DNA from: Amphiscolops sp. MND2022 | Taxonomy: Eukaryota | Direction: 5' to 3' | DNA: 64,000 bases | Assembly: GCA_964187785.1 (NCBI GenBank) | Contig: OZ076409.1 | Location: forward strand, 95,172,001-95,236,000 | Shown: positions 40,301 through 52,066 of the stretch, piece after piece | Position numbering within the stretch: position 1 is the stretch's first letter | Layout of the letters: each line of letters starts with the position of its first letter | Program-made: the position numbers and the translations under genes | Notes under the pieces: generated by a model | Seen by the model: the letters and a program-made list of their open reading frames with translations, nothing else | Database searches by the model: none | Told to the model about the DNA's origin: nothing

Positions 40301-43300
40301 CTGTAGGGGTGATATAGTGAAAGAGATTCCATATTTTTGTATGCCAATTTCTTTCTATATTTCCACTTTTTATTTCAGCGAAGTATTTGTTTTCATAATT
40401 CTCACTAATTAACATGTTTTGTTGTTCGTTGAAAAAGACCGGCTACTTTCAGTTAATTTGTTGTTAATCATTGCAAACTTCACATGGAACAGTCGCCAGT
40501 TTAACCACTTTCACTTTCTTGAGCCTTTTGTTTATCCACTATTTTCAATAGGTTAATCAGTCTGTCAATTTGGGTGTGTGGTGAACTTTGAAAACGACAT
40601 TCCAGTTACTTTGAAATGCCTCGTAGAATATTTTCCGGGAAAATAGAGCTTTCGATATTTTTGTTTAATCTTGTTTTGAGTTGCTGGTCCCCAAATGATA
40701 GATCTTTCCCCTAGAGTTTTTGAAGAGAATTATTACACTTGCGATAATGGGAAAGTGCGGGTGCTTTTTTTTCCGCGCGACAACTCTGATTTCACGCGGC
40801 AACTCGCACGTTTCACGCGTTCGTGGTCTAGTGGTAAGATGCTTGCTTTTCAACCCAGAGGTTTCGTGTTCGAACCCGTGGGTATGCGCTAATTTTTTTA
40901 CAAGTATTCCGAGGCAGAAGGTTCTGACTTTTTTCGGCACTATGAGACTTTTCGGCTTTGTGAGACTTTTTTTCGGCTTTGTGAGACTTTTTTTTCGAAA
41001 TTTTTTAAATGTCCCAAAGAGTCTTCCTTTCAATTTTTTGATATTTTGCAAGAGAACGAATGTTAAAAAATCCCAAAGGGTCCCTTTTTTTCAGAATTTT
41101 CGGCACTATGAGACTGTTCAAAATTCTAAATTTTTTTCAAAAATTTTTTCAGACTCCCTTATTTTTTTCAAAAATTTTTTAATGTCCCCAAAGCGTCCTC
41201 CTTTCAATTTTTTGATACCTTGCAACAGAACGAATGTTATAAAATCCTAAAGGGTCCCTTTTTCACATTTTTCGGCACTATGCGACTTAGCGGAAACTTC
41301 AAAAAAATTCGGAAAATTTTTTCTCAATTTTTAGTTTTAAAAGACCGTTTTTTAAAAGACCGATCTTTTTTCTGTGCGACTTTTTAAAAATTTGTTTTCA
41401 CCGAAGCCCCTGCTCAATTTTTACAAGAAACGAAACGTTTTGCGAGAGGACTCCTCAAGGCTTTGCGACTTACCGGAGACCATCAAAAATGTTTTCGAAA
41501 AATTTTGAATTTTTTTTTCTATTTTCTGTTTAAGGTTTTCCGTTGAGAAAGAATGGGTTTTTTTGCTGTTTTCAGTTGGGGAAGAATGGTTTTCGAGGCT
41601 TACGCGTATCCCTTCGGGTATTTTTTGGCGCTGTAAAATTGATGAAATTTTAATCTCCTTTTACCCTTGGTTTTCCGTATGATATTGCTTATTTGGTTTT
41701 CTTCAAAAGTTCGCAAGCGTTTGCGAAGCACGGCTTCGCCTCTGTGTAGAATTATCATTGGTTATGATAAAATTCTATTTTAGGTAATTGCAATTGCCCA
41801 TTAACAATCATTGCCGTAAGAATTGACCTAAAATTTGTGATTTCAATTGGATTCGTTCATCGAATATAACGCTGTGGGCCTTAATGTATAAAAGGATTCG
41901 ATTGTTCCTTTGTATTTCGTAGATACGATATAGATAGGAAGATGTTCCATACCATTCTACATTTAGGTTTTAGAATTTGACATTTTACGTCTTCGGTTAA
42001 AAGAACTTGAATGCCCACGGAAGTTGAACTTTGTTCACTATCACCGTTGATAAGATATGACGACTTCAAGTTTAATCCGGTCTCATATCTCTTAGATGTT
42101 GCTAAATGGAGTGCCCATTATTACCCATACTTCCTGTTCTCAGTATCAAACCATTGATAACGGGCCGCGATTCAATCCTGACATCCTATACATGCCACTG
42201 TCTACATGCAGAAGTTCCGTAGGCTCTCGTGAAATGATTAGGTACCAAATAACATAGAGCAAATGACAAAAACGAAATTAGTCCCATTTAACATAATTTG
42301 AAATTAGTTTATATAACATGAAAATAAAACCCGATTACCCGGTTAAACAATCGAAGTCACGAACTTTTTTCTGTAATTTCCATACTTTTTTCAGTGAATA
42401 TTTCGAATTTTGAATGCTTTTTTTGACCACTAAAACTTTCTCGTAAACTTTCTCGTTTTGTTTTTATGTTTAGTGAAACTCATTTCATTTTTAGTCGGCG
42501 CTTTATGCTTTTAAGGAAAAATGCCCGACTGTAGCAGTGACCTTTTTTTTCTTCAGACTACAATCCTCACACTGATCGGTTCATTTTTTAGAAACAATCC
42601 TGAAACCACCTAAGGCCAAGTCCCGCGAAGGCAAACTTAGTCAAAAGGGTCCCCATTTTTTACTTTTTCAAGGAAACCTACAAAACCGGACGTGCCTAAA
42701 GGTCCCCTTTGGATTTTTTTGGCACTGTGCGACTTTTTTTCGAAAATTTTTAAATGTCCCCAAAGGGTCCCCCCTTCGAGTTTTCTGATATTTTGCAACG
42801 GAATGTATGTTAATAAATCCAGAAGGGTTCCCCTTTTACATTTTTCGGCACTATGCGACTTTTTTTGAAAGAAAAAAAATTCAAAAATTTCAATTTTTTT
42901 TCAAAATGTTTTGCGCTTTTTGAGCCTTAGATATGGCGCCGACTTTAGACGTTCTCTTGTTCTTATTTGAAACTAATTTTGTTTTTATCTTATTTGCCAT
43001 AATGAAATTCCACCTCATGAAATTACCTCAAACTAGTAGTAGACAGAACTAAGCAACCGAAACATAACCCCCAGTTTCTTATATTGATGTGCTAAATTTC
43101 ACCACAATATGTTTATTTCTCGTTTCAGGTTTCGCCTTCCGCGACCCGTTTGAAATGTTCAACGACTTCTTCAAGCATGACAGAGCGTTTGATGAACTTT
43201 TTCCCGAGTTCGGTCGTTTCGACCAACAACATGAGCACAGAAACTCTGAGAGGAATCGCAAGTTTTCCACAGCCGTTCCCCGCTTTCAGAGCAGCAACTC

Positions 43301-44875
43301 CTTTTTCACGTCTTTCGGATCTGGAAGCGTGTTTAGCGACCCCTTTTTCTCATCATCCTCTTTCTCTGCCGCCTCAGGAGGTAGTGTTATCAACTGACCC
43401 CAGAACTACTTGAATTGAACAGTTTTTTATACTGTTTTTACCATAAAAAACCGTGTGTACTGAAACCCGTTTTAGGAGTCGGAAAAAATTTTGGACTACT
43501 TGGGCAATCGTGTCGTTTTTTTCTCCCGACCTTTAAATGAAATTTCAAATTTCTCAAAAACTGTCCATACGATTCAAACAAAATTTTCTGCAGTCAATCT
43601 ACACCATATTAGGGTCCTATGTGTGCAATTTCATCAAATTTGTATGACGGATTCGAGCGAGTCAGAAGGTAAATGATCTAAGCCGTCTCCTTTACCGCAT
43701 ATGCGGCTCTGGTTTTTTAACTTTTTATACCATAAAAAATTACCATGTGTACTGAAACCCATTTTTCATGCTGGGACAAATATGACCGTGTTAAAAGGAG
43801 GGCTAGTCGGAAAGAATTGAAGAGGGGGTTGTATACGCTGCAAGCTGCAGAGAAACCGCAAATTCCTCCACTTACCAAAGCTTTCAATATTGATTTCTAT
43901 GGGTCCGTTAGCGATACTGCAAGGCTTGCAGTATCGCTAACGGACCCATAGGAATCAATATTGAAAGCTTTGGTAATTGGAGGATTTAGCGGTACTGAAG
44001 TTAGATAACGAAACTGAATTGAAAACAGAAATTAAAATGGGGGTTACTTCAAAAAGGACCTACTGATTGCCAACAAATTTAGTTGACGTAAATAGGCATC
44101 TGAAATAAATAGACACAGGAGACCTTTAGGTGTGAATAGTGGAAGATGGCTAAAGCATTTCGACTCCATTCATGACGGAGAAACAGATTGCTCCGCCGGG
44201 CCTTTCAAATGCCGGTCGAACTCTTGGCTGAAGTGTCATCGAAAAAACTTCTATAAGCGTTTTCATTGGTGGCAAACTGTGTTACTAGTGTGTGACAGTA
44301 ACTTAGCAAACAGATGCTGTGTTATTGAGAAAAGGCTTATTTTCTGAAAAGTGTTTTTTTTGCAAATTTTCACTTTTCTCCAGTTACTTTTTTGCTGGTT
44401 TTTCGAAAAACAAATATATTGACACAAATAACAACTCGCGTCCCAAATAGTCCAATAGATTGTTGATAAGAAAGACAAACTTTCGTTTTCCTATATGCTT
44501 TTTGCGTTTCGTAATTTTTCAATAATTGTGAGAAAAATCGCTGTCCTCATTTGAGGACGAAATCACTAACGAGGTTAAGGGCTCACTCCATAAAAATAGC
44601 AAAAAAGTCAAAAGTAAGTTCATAAGTAAGTTCTTCCTAAAATGTGAAACTGCTACATGAGATGAGTGATTGAGTTGATAACACTTTCAGGGGGTCCTTC
44701 TGGCGGTTTCACCCGCAAAGTTTCTACATCAACCAGATTTGTGGATGGCAAACAGATAGAGACTACGAAAGTAACGGAAAACGGAGTGACCACAGAAACT
44801 GTCAAAGAAAACGGAAGGGTCGTTTCCCAGAAAACTATCGCTGGCGATACCAAGAGCACCCCTGCTCTGAAATAA
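34352..44875 (+). CDS. DNAJB6: DnaJ/Hsp40 co-chaperone, DNAJB6/B8-like, 245 aa, 4 coding exons
   Basis: Exons 34352-34399, 38663-38915, 43129-43380 and 44691-44875, GT-AG with matching phases (0, 1, 1); 738 nt. Translation: [35 protein letters not shown]...|[15 protein letters not shown]...S/F-rich...|[23 protein letters not shown]...*. AATAAA at ~45420 and ~45455. Confidence 0.93.
38371..38443 (-). mobile_element. tRNA-derived SINE head (Ala-like)
   Basis: Minus strand gtcaccatggcgcagttggtaatgcgtctgcctggcaggcacgaggtcgtgggttcgaacccgtgcttgtgcg: A and B boxes present, acceptor stem does not pair. Confidence 0.65.
39298..39765. mobile_element. piggyBac-like MITE
   Basis: ttaa|ccctaaatggacca ... 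tggtccatttaggg|ctag; 14-bp TIR starting CCC after TTAA; right TSD degenerate. Confidence 0.65.
40080..40329. mobile_element. MITE with 8-bp TSD
   Basis: TIRs ggatctctttcactat / atagtgaaagagattc; catatttt on both flanks. Confidence 0.75.
40817..40889 (+). mobile_element. tRNA-derived SINE head (Glu-like) preceding a dispersed repeat body
   Basis: gtggtctagtggta A box, ttttcaa loop (TTC), gttcgaacc B box; stems imperfect; followed by ggcactatgagactt repeats. Confidence 0.6.
43855..43993. repeat. Near-perfect ~140-bp hairpin (palindromic MITE-like) in DNAJB6 intron 3
   Basis: ttaccaaagctttcaatattgatttctatgggtccgttagcgatactgcaag-g-cttgcagtatcgctaacggacccataggaatcaatattgaaagctttggtaa. Confidence 0.9.
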
Positions 44876-45582
44876 ACAATACAAACGAGCATAATCATAT
44901 TTTAAGGATTGCCAGAAAACCTCTTTCTGCGAATTTAGATTGGCTTACCGACTTAAAACCTGCGGATTCTTTTGGATTTCAACGGATATACATTGAATCG
45001 AGATGTATTGAAGGGAAAATTGACATATTGCGTTTTCAAAAATTCTCTGTGGATGTAATTTTTTGACGTGTCCCTTTTGAAAGACCTGGCTATTCCTGTG
45101 CTGAATTGAATCTGAACATATTTGCGCCACGAGCTAGTAGTAATTAAATTATGCAAATGCTATAGACCCGCAATTATTCAAACAGTTTGAATCGTACGTG
45201 CTCAAAAATTGGTACTTAATTCAGTACTTAATCCACGTAAACTCGAACGTATTTTTTCTGAAATGGAAAATTCCAAAGAATGTGTTTGATGACATGATTT
45301 GTATATAAACTGCTTTCACCGAAAATGGAATAATGCGGGATCTACTGTAGTGGTAATCATGTACATTAGATTAGGTTTTGTGCCTCCTCGCTTCATTTTA
45401 CTCATTTTAAGTTGATTCGAATAAAATGTATGTCTTATTGTAGAACAAATTTCAAATAAAATATCTCGCTCTTTTTGCTTAACGTTTTTGATAGTCTCCT
45501 AGTTGACTAGAGTCAAAAGCTTGTTGGGTTCAAGTTGTTTATATTGTCAAATGAATCAGAATTGTTTTCCACAGTTACAACT

Positions 45583-45645
45583 TGGAAGCACAAGTGGTTA
45601 GATTTGGAACCACTAGGTGCAGGGATCGAATCTTGGTGAGACGGC
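45583..45645 (+). mobile_element. Degenerate tRNA-like/SINE head
   Basis: gcacaagtggtta A-box-like and ggatcgaatc B-box-like; too short for a tRNA. Confidence 0.3.
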
Positions 45646-46699
45646 GATTTTGTATTTTCCATTTAGTTGAGAAACAAGAATAGAAGAGGTAAAGGGTAAC
45701 GCCTGAGATTCTTGGAATTTGGGAGTCTCTCCCGAGAAAAAAATTCAATTAGATGCATACGTAACGCATTTTATATAATAGTAACTGTAGAATTCAAGTC
45801 GACGCTCTCCCAAGTCTTATAGCAATCTTTTAAATATTCTCGAGGACATTTAATAAGGAGACTTTCATCAAACTTTGTGCCGGATATCACCCGAATGAGG
45901 CACCCTTGAGACTCGAAAACCGAGTTTCCATGACCGAACAATCAAAGAACCCAAATATGGGAAAACATTTCTATTTTTTTAAACAAGACCAGCTGTATCG
46001 AAAAACCAAAACTGACCATTTAGGCTCTCGAAACGCTTTTTCCTAGCAAAAAAACTCAGGGAGGTTCTTCAGTGAATTCCTCTATCCTTCGCGGGATTTG
46101 AGCCGAGCAAATGGCCGGACGACATAAAGGAAAAGTTATAGAACTTTATAAAATCTCTCCGTTTGAGTTACTATAAAACCACTACTACTGACTGTGTTTT
46201 CTTATGAATGCGCCAAGTAAAAAAATACTAAAAGCCAAACGGAAAACAAGTGTTAAAAAACACTGAATTCCTTTAAAATCATACACAATGAACGATTTTT
46301 ATTATTTCTGCTTTAGCAGGAATTTTAGTGAAATCTCAAAATGTCTACTTTTTTTCAGTACAATTCTTCGTATAATACTGAATAATTCAGATATTTTGTT
46401 CGGCAGTGACTGTAAGCGTGAAGATTAAATTTCTCAAGCTGCCGACGACAATTCAATTATCGTGCGATGGAACGAGCGAGTGGTAATTATCCATTCGTAT
46501 GCTGACGTTATTGAGATGAAGCGAGCGAATGTTCGTAATTGTCGTTTCGTTGCCCCGAGTTATTGAGATGAAGCGAATGAGTGTTAATTATTCGTTCACA
46601 GAGAGCTTCGCCTGCATTCAAATATATATTTGCTTCAGTCCGAGATTTACTACTATAACTACTAAAAGACTGAATAGATTCTAGTCAACAAAAAAGAAA

Positions 46700-47426
46700 T
46701 ACTCGATATTTTTTGATGATGAAAAATAAAGCAGTTTCCAGAACAATGTTTTTGTTCTTCAGCTTTATAAGTAATGTGTTCCAAATTGGAATGATAGATT
46801 AAAGAAAACTGTTATACAAAAATTGCGATTTCGGCGTATAGTTCAACGCAAGTGTGTGAGTTCTTTTATGTTCGATAACATCATCAGTAGGTAGTTTTAG
46901 CTCATTCAGGGAAGCGGGTATCAATTTTGTTTACCTCCAGTAGTAAATGGTAGATTTTGCCCTGAGTGAATATCGAACCGATAGAATTTTGTGTTTTGTT
47001 TTTAGATCCGAAGAAGATTCGATTTTAGTTCTGTTAAAACAGGCTTTAATTGCCCAGTTCAGTTGTTTTTCCAATGTTGTCAAAAAGTTTTCAGATATAC
47101 CATTCAAAAGTATTGCTGGATAGTGTAGGTGACTGATAACGTAGAGTATTCAAAAGCAGGAGACAAGTTTTCATGGGAAAATAATTTCGGATTGAGTAGA
47201 TGGCTTTGATACCACAGGACATTTGACGTAGAATATGCTTGACTTCCTCTTGAAATACTAAATTTCTGTCAAGATACACACCGAGATATTTAATGGAATT
47301 TGTAGCTCTAATGGATTGGCCCTTCACTTCAAATTTCAAGTTTTCCATCACTAGATTTTTGTGAGGTTTACTGAAGACAATGAACTCGGTTTTACTAGCA
47401 TTGTAAGTAGATGAATTTGATCCCAT
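46700..47426 (-). pseudogene. 3' remnant of a CR1/L2-group LINE
   Basis: NASKTEFIVFS...IKYLGVYLDRNL.F post-RT motif (ORF 47091-47426). Confidence 0.75.
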
Positions 47427-47919
47427 GTTATACGCGATTTTGTTATTATTTAGGTATTATTACAGTATATAGGCGTTATTTTTTGAAACTATTCTAGATT
47501 CTAGACTTTTTAGACAAGAGTTTTCTTCTAGAGTTTGTAAAAATGCATCTGAGCGGTTTTCGATCCCATGTTCTTCCCAAGCCAATTGTCTATTTACAAT
47601 ACTATCGATCCTTGCATCTCAGTTTTCTCTGAAACTTTAATATTTAGAAGCTGGCCTCTACAGTGACTGCTGAACGTTTCTCTTCTTCTGTAAAAGTTCT
47701 CACTTCCACAAAAAGCTCCGATTAAAAAGAACCGCTCATATAACTAGTCGAATTTCTGTCCTGTTTACCATTTATACAGAAATTTTGTGTATTTTATTCT
47801 ATCAAGAAGAAGAGTATTATTCGAAGATACTTAATAAACGTTTTCGACAATCAATATCATCATTGGAAATCTAAAAGTTTCGAAGATAAGATAAACAGGG
47901 AACATGAAAAAGGCACCTT

Positions 47920-48370
47920 AAGGTGTTGAAATATCTAGACTGAAACAACATGAAGGGTATGACATCCTGTGGGTCAGTTCCCGTGACCTGTACTCCACTT
48001 CTGATTGATGGAGGCCTGCCGTCGTGAAAAATGAAAGGCTTGAAGGGTCAAAAGTTTTGATGGGAAGTTGCTCTTGTCCTGAATCACGATAGTCGCACTT
48101 TCCATACATTGGCCACATTTTAGGTGAGAAGCGACATGACTGGATTCCCGAGAATGCTCATGGAGTTGTGTTATTATGTCTGTCCGACGTAGCTGGAGTT
48201 GCATCCGGAACACTTGATGAGATACACAACATGACTTTCGAGGGTCATCGAGATCTTATACTTCGTTAGATTTATAGCGGTTTTCAGTTTTCTAGTGGTG
48301 AACATCACTGTGGTTTCAATGGTTCTGTTTAGAGTTTTTGCCAGTTGATCACTGGCACCTCCTTCATATT
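47920..48370 (-). pseudogene. Penelope-like GIY-YIG endonuclease remnant
   Basis: VVYLIKCSGCNSSYVGQT matches the Penelope-type VVY.I.C..C...YIGQT motif; followed by HVASHLKC. Confidence 0.75.
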
Positions 48371-48943
48371 GCATAAAAACGCCATTTTTATTTTTTCTGC
48401 GATAGCAGAAATATCATTGAAATCTCAAGATGTCTACTTTTTTTTCAGTACAATTCTTTGCACGATACTGAATAATTCAGATATTTCTTCGGCAGTGACT
48501 GTAAGCGTGAGAATTAAATTTCTCAAGCTGCCGACGACATTTCAATACTCGTGCGATAGAACGAGCGAGTGGTAATTATGCATTCGTACGCAGACGTCAT
48601 TGAGATGGAGCGAGCGAATGTTCGTAATTGTGCTTTCGTTGCCCCGAGTTATTGGGATGAAGCGAATGAGTGTTAATTATTCGTTCGCCAAGAGCTTCGC
48701 CTGCATTCAAATGCGAATGCGAAACTTCGTGTACGCTTAGTAGTTATATTTTCTTTAGTCCGAGAAGAATTAAAGGCGGTATTAGCTGGTACAGTGATTA
48801 ATTGTGAGCTAAATAATGATTAAACAAGAGTGTATTGGTATTCCAGATATGATTCTTTTATTAATTGTGTAGACTCATTGTGTAGTCTATATACCTCGCA
48901 AAATGGACGCAGTTTTTTTCTTTCGTAGAAAGAGAGCATCCAC

Positions 48944-49829
48944 TGTTACGACTATTGTTCGGTGTTGTTTTAGAACTAGTCGCAGTTTGTGTTTTGACTG
49001 GGGTGGACGTTCTTGCTACGGAGATGTTTTCTTGGTCAGAATCAGAATCTTGCAAGTTCGGATTAACTGAACGTTTCTTGCTCGCAGGTGCTATTAATTT
49101 GAGCATTTCCTTTTGATTTTCAGCTAATATTTTTGTTAGATCAGTCATTATCTCTTTTCTCAGTGTTGTTTTTATTTCCTCCAGATTTTCAAGCTCAAGT
49201 CTAGGGTTTTTACTAGAGCTAGGTATCAGGTTCTCAGTGGAGTTATTTTCAGTTAGAGAAGCTTCAAAATCTCCCGACGCTAACTCGGCTATAGCTTTTC
49301 TCTTCTGGCTCCTTGTCGTCATTTTCAAAGTTAAGATATCAGAGTCTTTGGCAAGAATTAAATTCTTTAAAGAAATTTTGGGTTTTCGTAATTTCAACGA
49401 GGAACAAAATTTTGAAACAAATTCAAGTTCGACTAAAAATACATGTCCTCTCTACATATTTATACCTTCTTAGCATCATTTGTTCCTCACCTAAAAATTC
49501 CTAGGAATCCTAAAAATCGGGTTTGTTCAACAAAATTCGCCGATGATTCAAATTATTTCAGTCTGGCGTCATAAATTCAGGTATCGGAATTCCTAGTTGC
49601 GTCAACATTCCGTGAGACTTTGTTGAAATCATTTTTGTTCAGATAATTCATTTCCTGTTTGGTCTTCAGAACCGCGGTAAAATAGAAATCTAACTGACAT
49701 TTTCATCGACGCAAGCACGCCGGCGTGAACTATTAGTCAATATTCAACTCAAGGAGTTGGAATTTTGAGGAAAAAGATGATGTTCAAAAAGGGCGACGGA
49801 AACGATACGTCGCTGAAAATTCGCCGTTG
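48944..49829 (-). repeat. 3' LTR (minimum extent; U3 boundary unresolved)
   Basis: Matches 63115-64000 with a single mismatch seen by eye (49401 g vs ~63573 c). Host flank ...catccac. Confidence 0.92.
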
Positions 49830-50499
49830 AGAATATTTGAAATGAGAAACAAATGATGCTAATGGACATTAAGACAGACTGACTTCAGTATACAACAAAC
49901 ATGAAATCCAACATAAAAATTGACTTGGGTTACGGGAATACTCCGTATCATGTCCCAAATACTAACTAACTGCAACAGCACAAGAATAAAACAATGTAAC
50001 AAAGGCATTTCAAAACTGGTACAAATCCGAAATTGCTTTCGGGATCATTCATTCATCATTATATTTAGGGTTAGGTTATAAAATTAGCATCAAACAGACA
50101 TCAGTATAATTTACGTATACACTTCGTGACTTGGAATTAGGTCCTGAGTAGTACAGCTTTTATCATACAGAAAACATGACGTAAGTTTACGAGGATTAGT
50201 GCAAAATTCATCACCATCAACTGATTATAAACTGCAAAAAGGCATTGGCATGAATTACGGGTACACTCCGTAATATAGTATTTGAGAGGTGCAGCAATAG
50301 CGTAAGAAATTAATATAGAATTCAGGACATTACAACTTTGTTCTTCTCATAATTCTTCCTTACAATGCAGCTGTTTTCCCCTAAAACTTAATCAAGAAAT
50401 TCCTTAGCTTATAACGAATCAGGAAAATTCTCTTAAACTTTCATTCGTTCCATTCTTCCCTAACTATATATTCTCAAATCACTCCGTAAATGCTTCGTA

Positions 50500-50665
50500 T
50501 GTATTAAGATTGCTTATAGTAGAGAGGTGGATTACAATTTTACAATTCGCCACGTAACTGCTACGTACGTATAAAGATTGCTTATAGCTAGTAGGTCAGA
50601 GCGGACGGAAAGCGAGCGGAACGCGTAGGCGAATTCATTCTTTCTCTCTTATTCTGATTGGCGTT
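50500..50665 (-). promoter_or_regulatory. Candidate U3 promoter (CCAAT plus duplicated TATA-like motif)
   Basis: Minus-strand CCAAT at 50661-50657, upstream of two copies of ctataagcaatctt (50587-50574, 50519-50506). Confidence 0.35.
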
Positions 50666-51202
50666 GCTAGGGGCAACCGAATTCAATACCGCTCGCGCTA
50701 GCTAAGAATAATCCTGCCGAGGAGGTGACGTTATTAGTCCGCGAAAGTGGAAATATCTAATTTTAGCTCAGTAGAGTGACGCTGTCATTACGTTGTAAAT
50801 CCCCTCTTAAGTCACTTGATTGCGCCTTAAGTGGGTATTGACAACTACTTTACCACAGAGAACACCAAAACAATTCTGTCTTTTATGTATTTTTCCTTTT
50901 AGATCGTATGGATTCCGTTGGGATTGCGGGATTTTAAATGTGTTTTATTTTAGTGTGGAACTGAAGAAAAATCCTTGTTGTTAAATGTCTATTTTGGTAT
51001 TTAGATCAGTATGGCAAACTTCAGAAGATTAACCGGATATGGAAGATCTATTAAGCGTGAAATCTTTTAACCGGAAGTTTTAGCTAAAATTCATTTCCTA
51101 AAATATTCCGTGACGTATACGTTAGATTCTTATTCTGAAAAATTATCTACGAAATAATTTTAGCTGCACTGTAAGTAGAATTATATTAGTTTAGTTAGTA
51201 TT

Positions 51203-52066
51203 TTAATGGTACTTGCAGTATCCTCTTCCTCTGCCTCTTCCTAGGGCGAAGCACCATTCACACCCACGACCGGGAGCGGGTCGTGACAGGGCCCCTCTCC
51301 TCGCTAAATACGTTGGTAGGCCGTGGCAATGGGGAATTTCTTTTGTGACTAGCACTGAGGGTCGGCTTAGGTAGTTTCTCATCGGGTGGGGGCCGCGACC
51401 TCTCCCCGCAGTCATACGGGCAATTCTCTTTTCTTCTTCTTCAAGTTCCCGCACCATGTTTTCGAAGTGCTCCCGTTCTTCTTGAGTGATTTCAGGTGGC
51501 TTGATTGGTTCATTCAGATCATTCAAGCTTGAGTCTGCTAATTGCGTGCGGGGGGCGTTTACTTTTCTACAGGGCTTGAAAGGAGGCAGGCTTGGCTTCT
51601 TTGCTACGTTATTTCCTCGTCCTAGGGACCTGAAAAATTGGCGGTCTTCTAAGTCAAGATCGTAGAGGGCCTCTAAGTCGTCTGTGGAGGGTCCGTTTCC
51701 TCCCTGGGCCACGATAGTCCCTCGTTTCCTTTCATTACACAGCGTGGGGAAATTTTCTTTTTCTTTACTTTGAGGGGGGAGAGTAGGAGTCTCAGGTTCT
51801 TCATAGTAGTCATCAGAGTCGACGTCTTCGGGTAGGGCAAAAGATACTCTTGTTAGCCTTTTCTTTTTCTTGGGTGTCGGTGTTTCTTTCGCTGGCGATT
51901 CTGGGCTTGACTCTAATTCGGCGTCGCTTCCACGGTAAACTTCCGTGGAAGAGTCACTGAGGTCAAGCCTTCCGACCATATTTACCGGTACGGTCTTCAA
52001 TGGCGTGCTGTGTCTCATATTTTCTTCATCTGATGAGATGTCGATGACTAGTGAATATCCTGCCAT
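51203..52066 (-). CDS. Accessory 287-aa disordered protein (SIM-like, NLS-like, RG-rich, Cys/His tail)
   Basis: Intact ATG-TAA ORF with aaaATGG context; LVIDISSDEE, PKKKKR, GRGRG repeats, CHG...CEWC...CKYH. Confidence 0.75.
   Translation of the reverse strand: MAGYSLVIDISSDEENMRHSTPLKTVPVNMVGRLDLSDSSTEVYRGSDAELESSPESPAKETPTPKKKKRLTRVSFALPEDVDSDDYYEEPETPTLPPQSKEKENFPTLCNERKRGTIVAQGGNGPSTDDLEALYDLDLEDRQFFRSLGRGNNVAKKPSLPPFKPCRKVNAPRTQLADSSLNDLNEPIKPPEITQEEREHFENMVRELEEEEKRIARMTAGRGRGPHPMRNYLSRPSVLVTKEIPHCHGLPTYLARRGALSRPAPGRGCEWCFALGRGRGRGYCKYH

Noticed and set aside
38371..40889. Functional tRNA genes at 38371-38443 and 40817-40889 (also 17521 and 45583)
   Set aside because: Acceptor and anticodon stems do not pair, and they are attached to repeat bodies; treated as SINE heads.
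40665..41250. 128- and 176-aa ORFs
   Set aside because: Low-complexity F/K-rich translations of dispersed repeats in a DNAJB6 intron.
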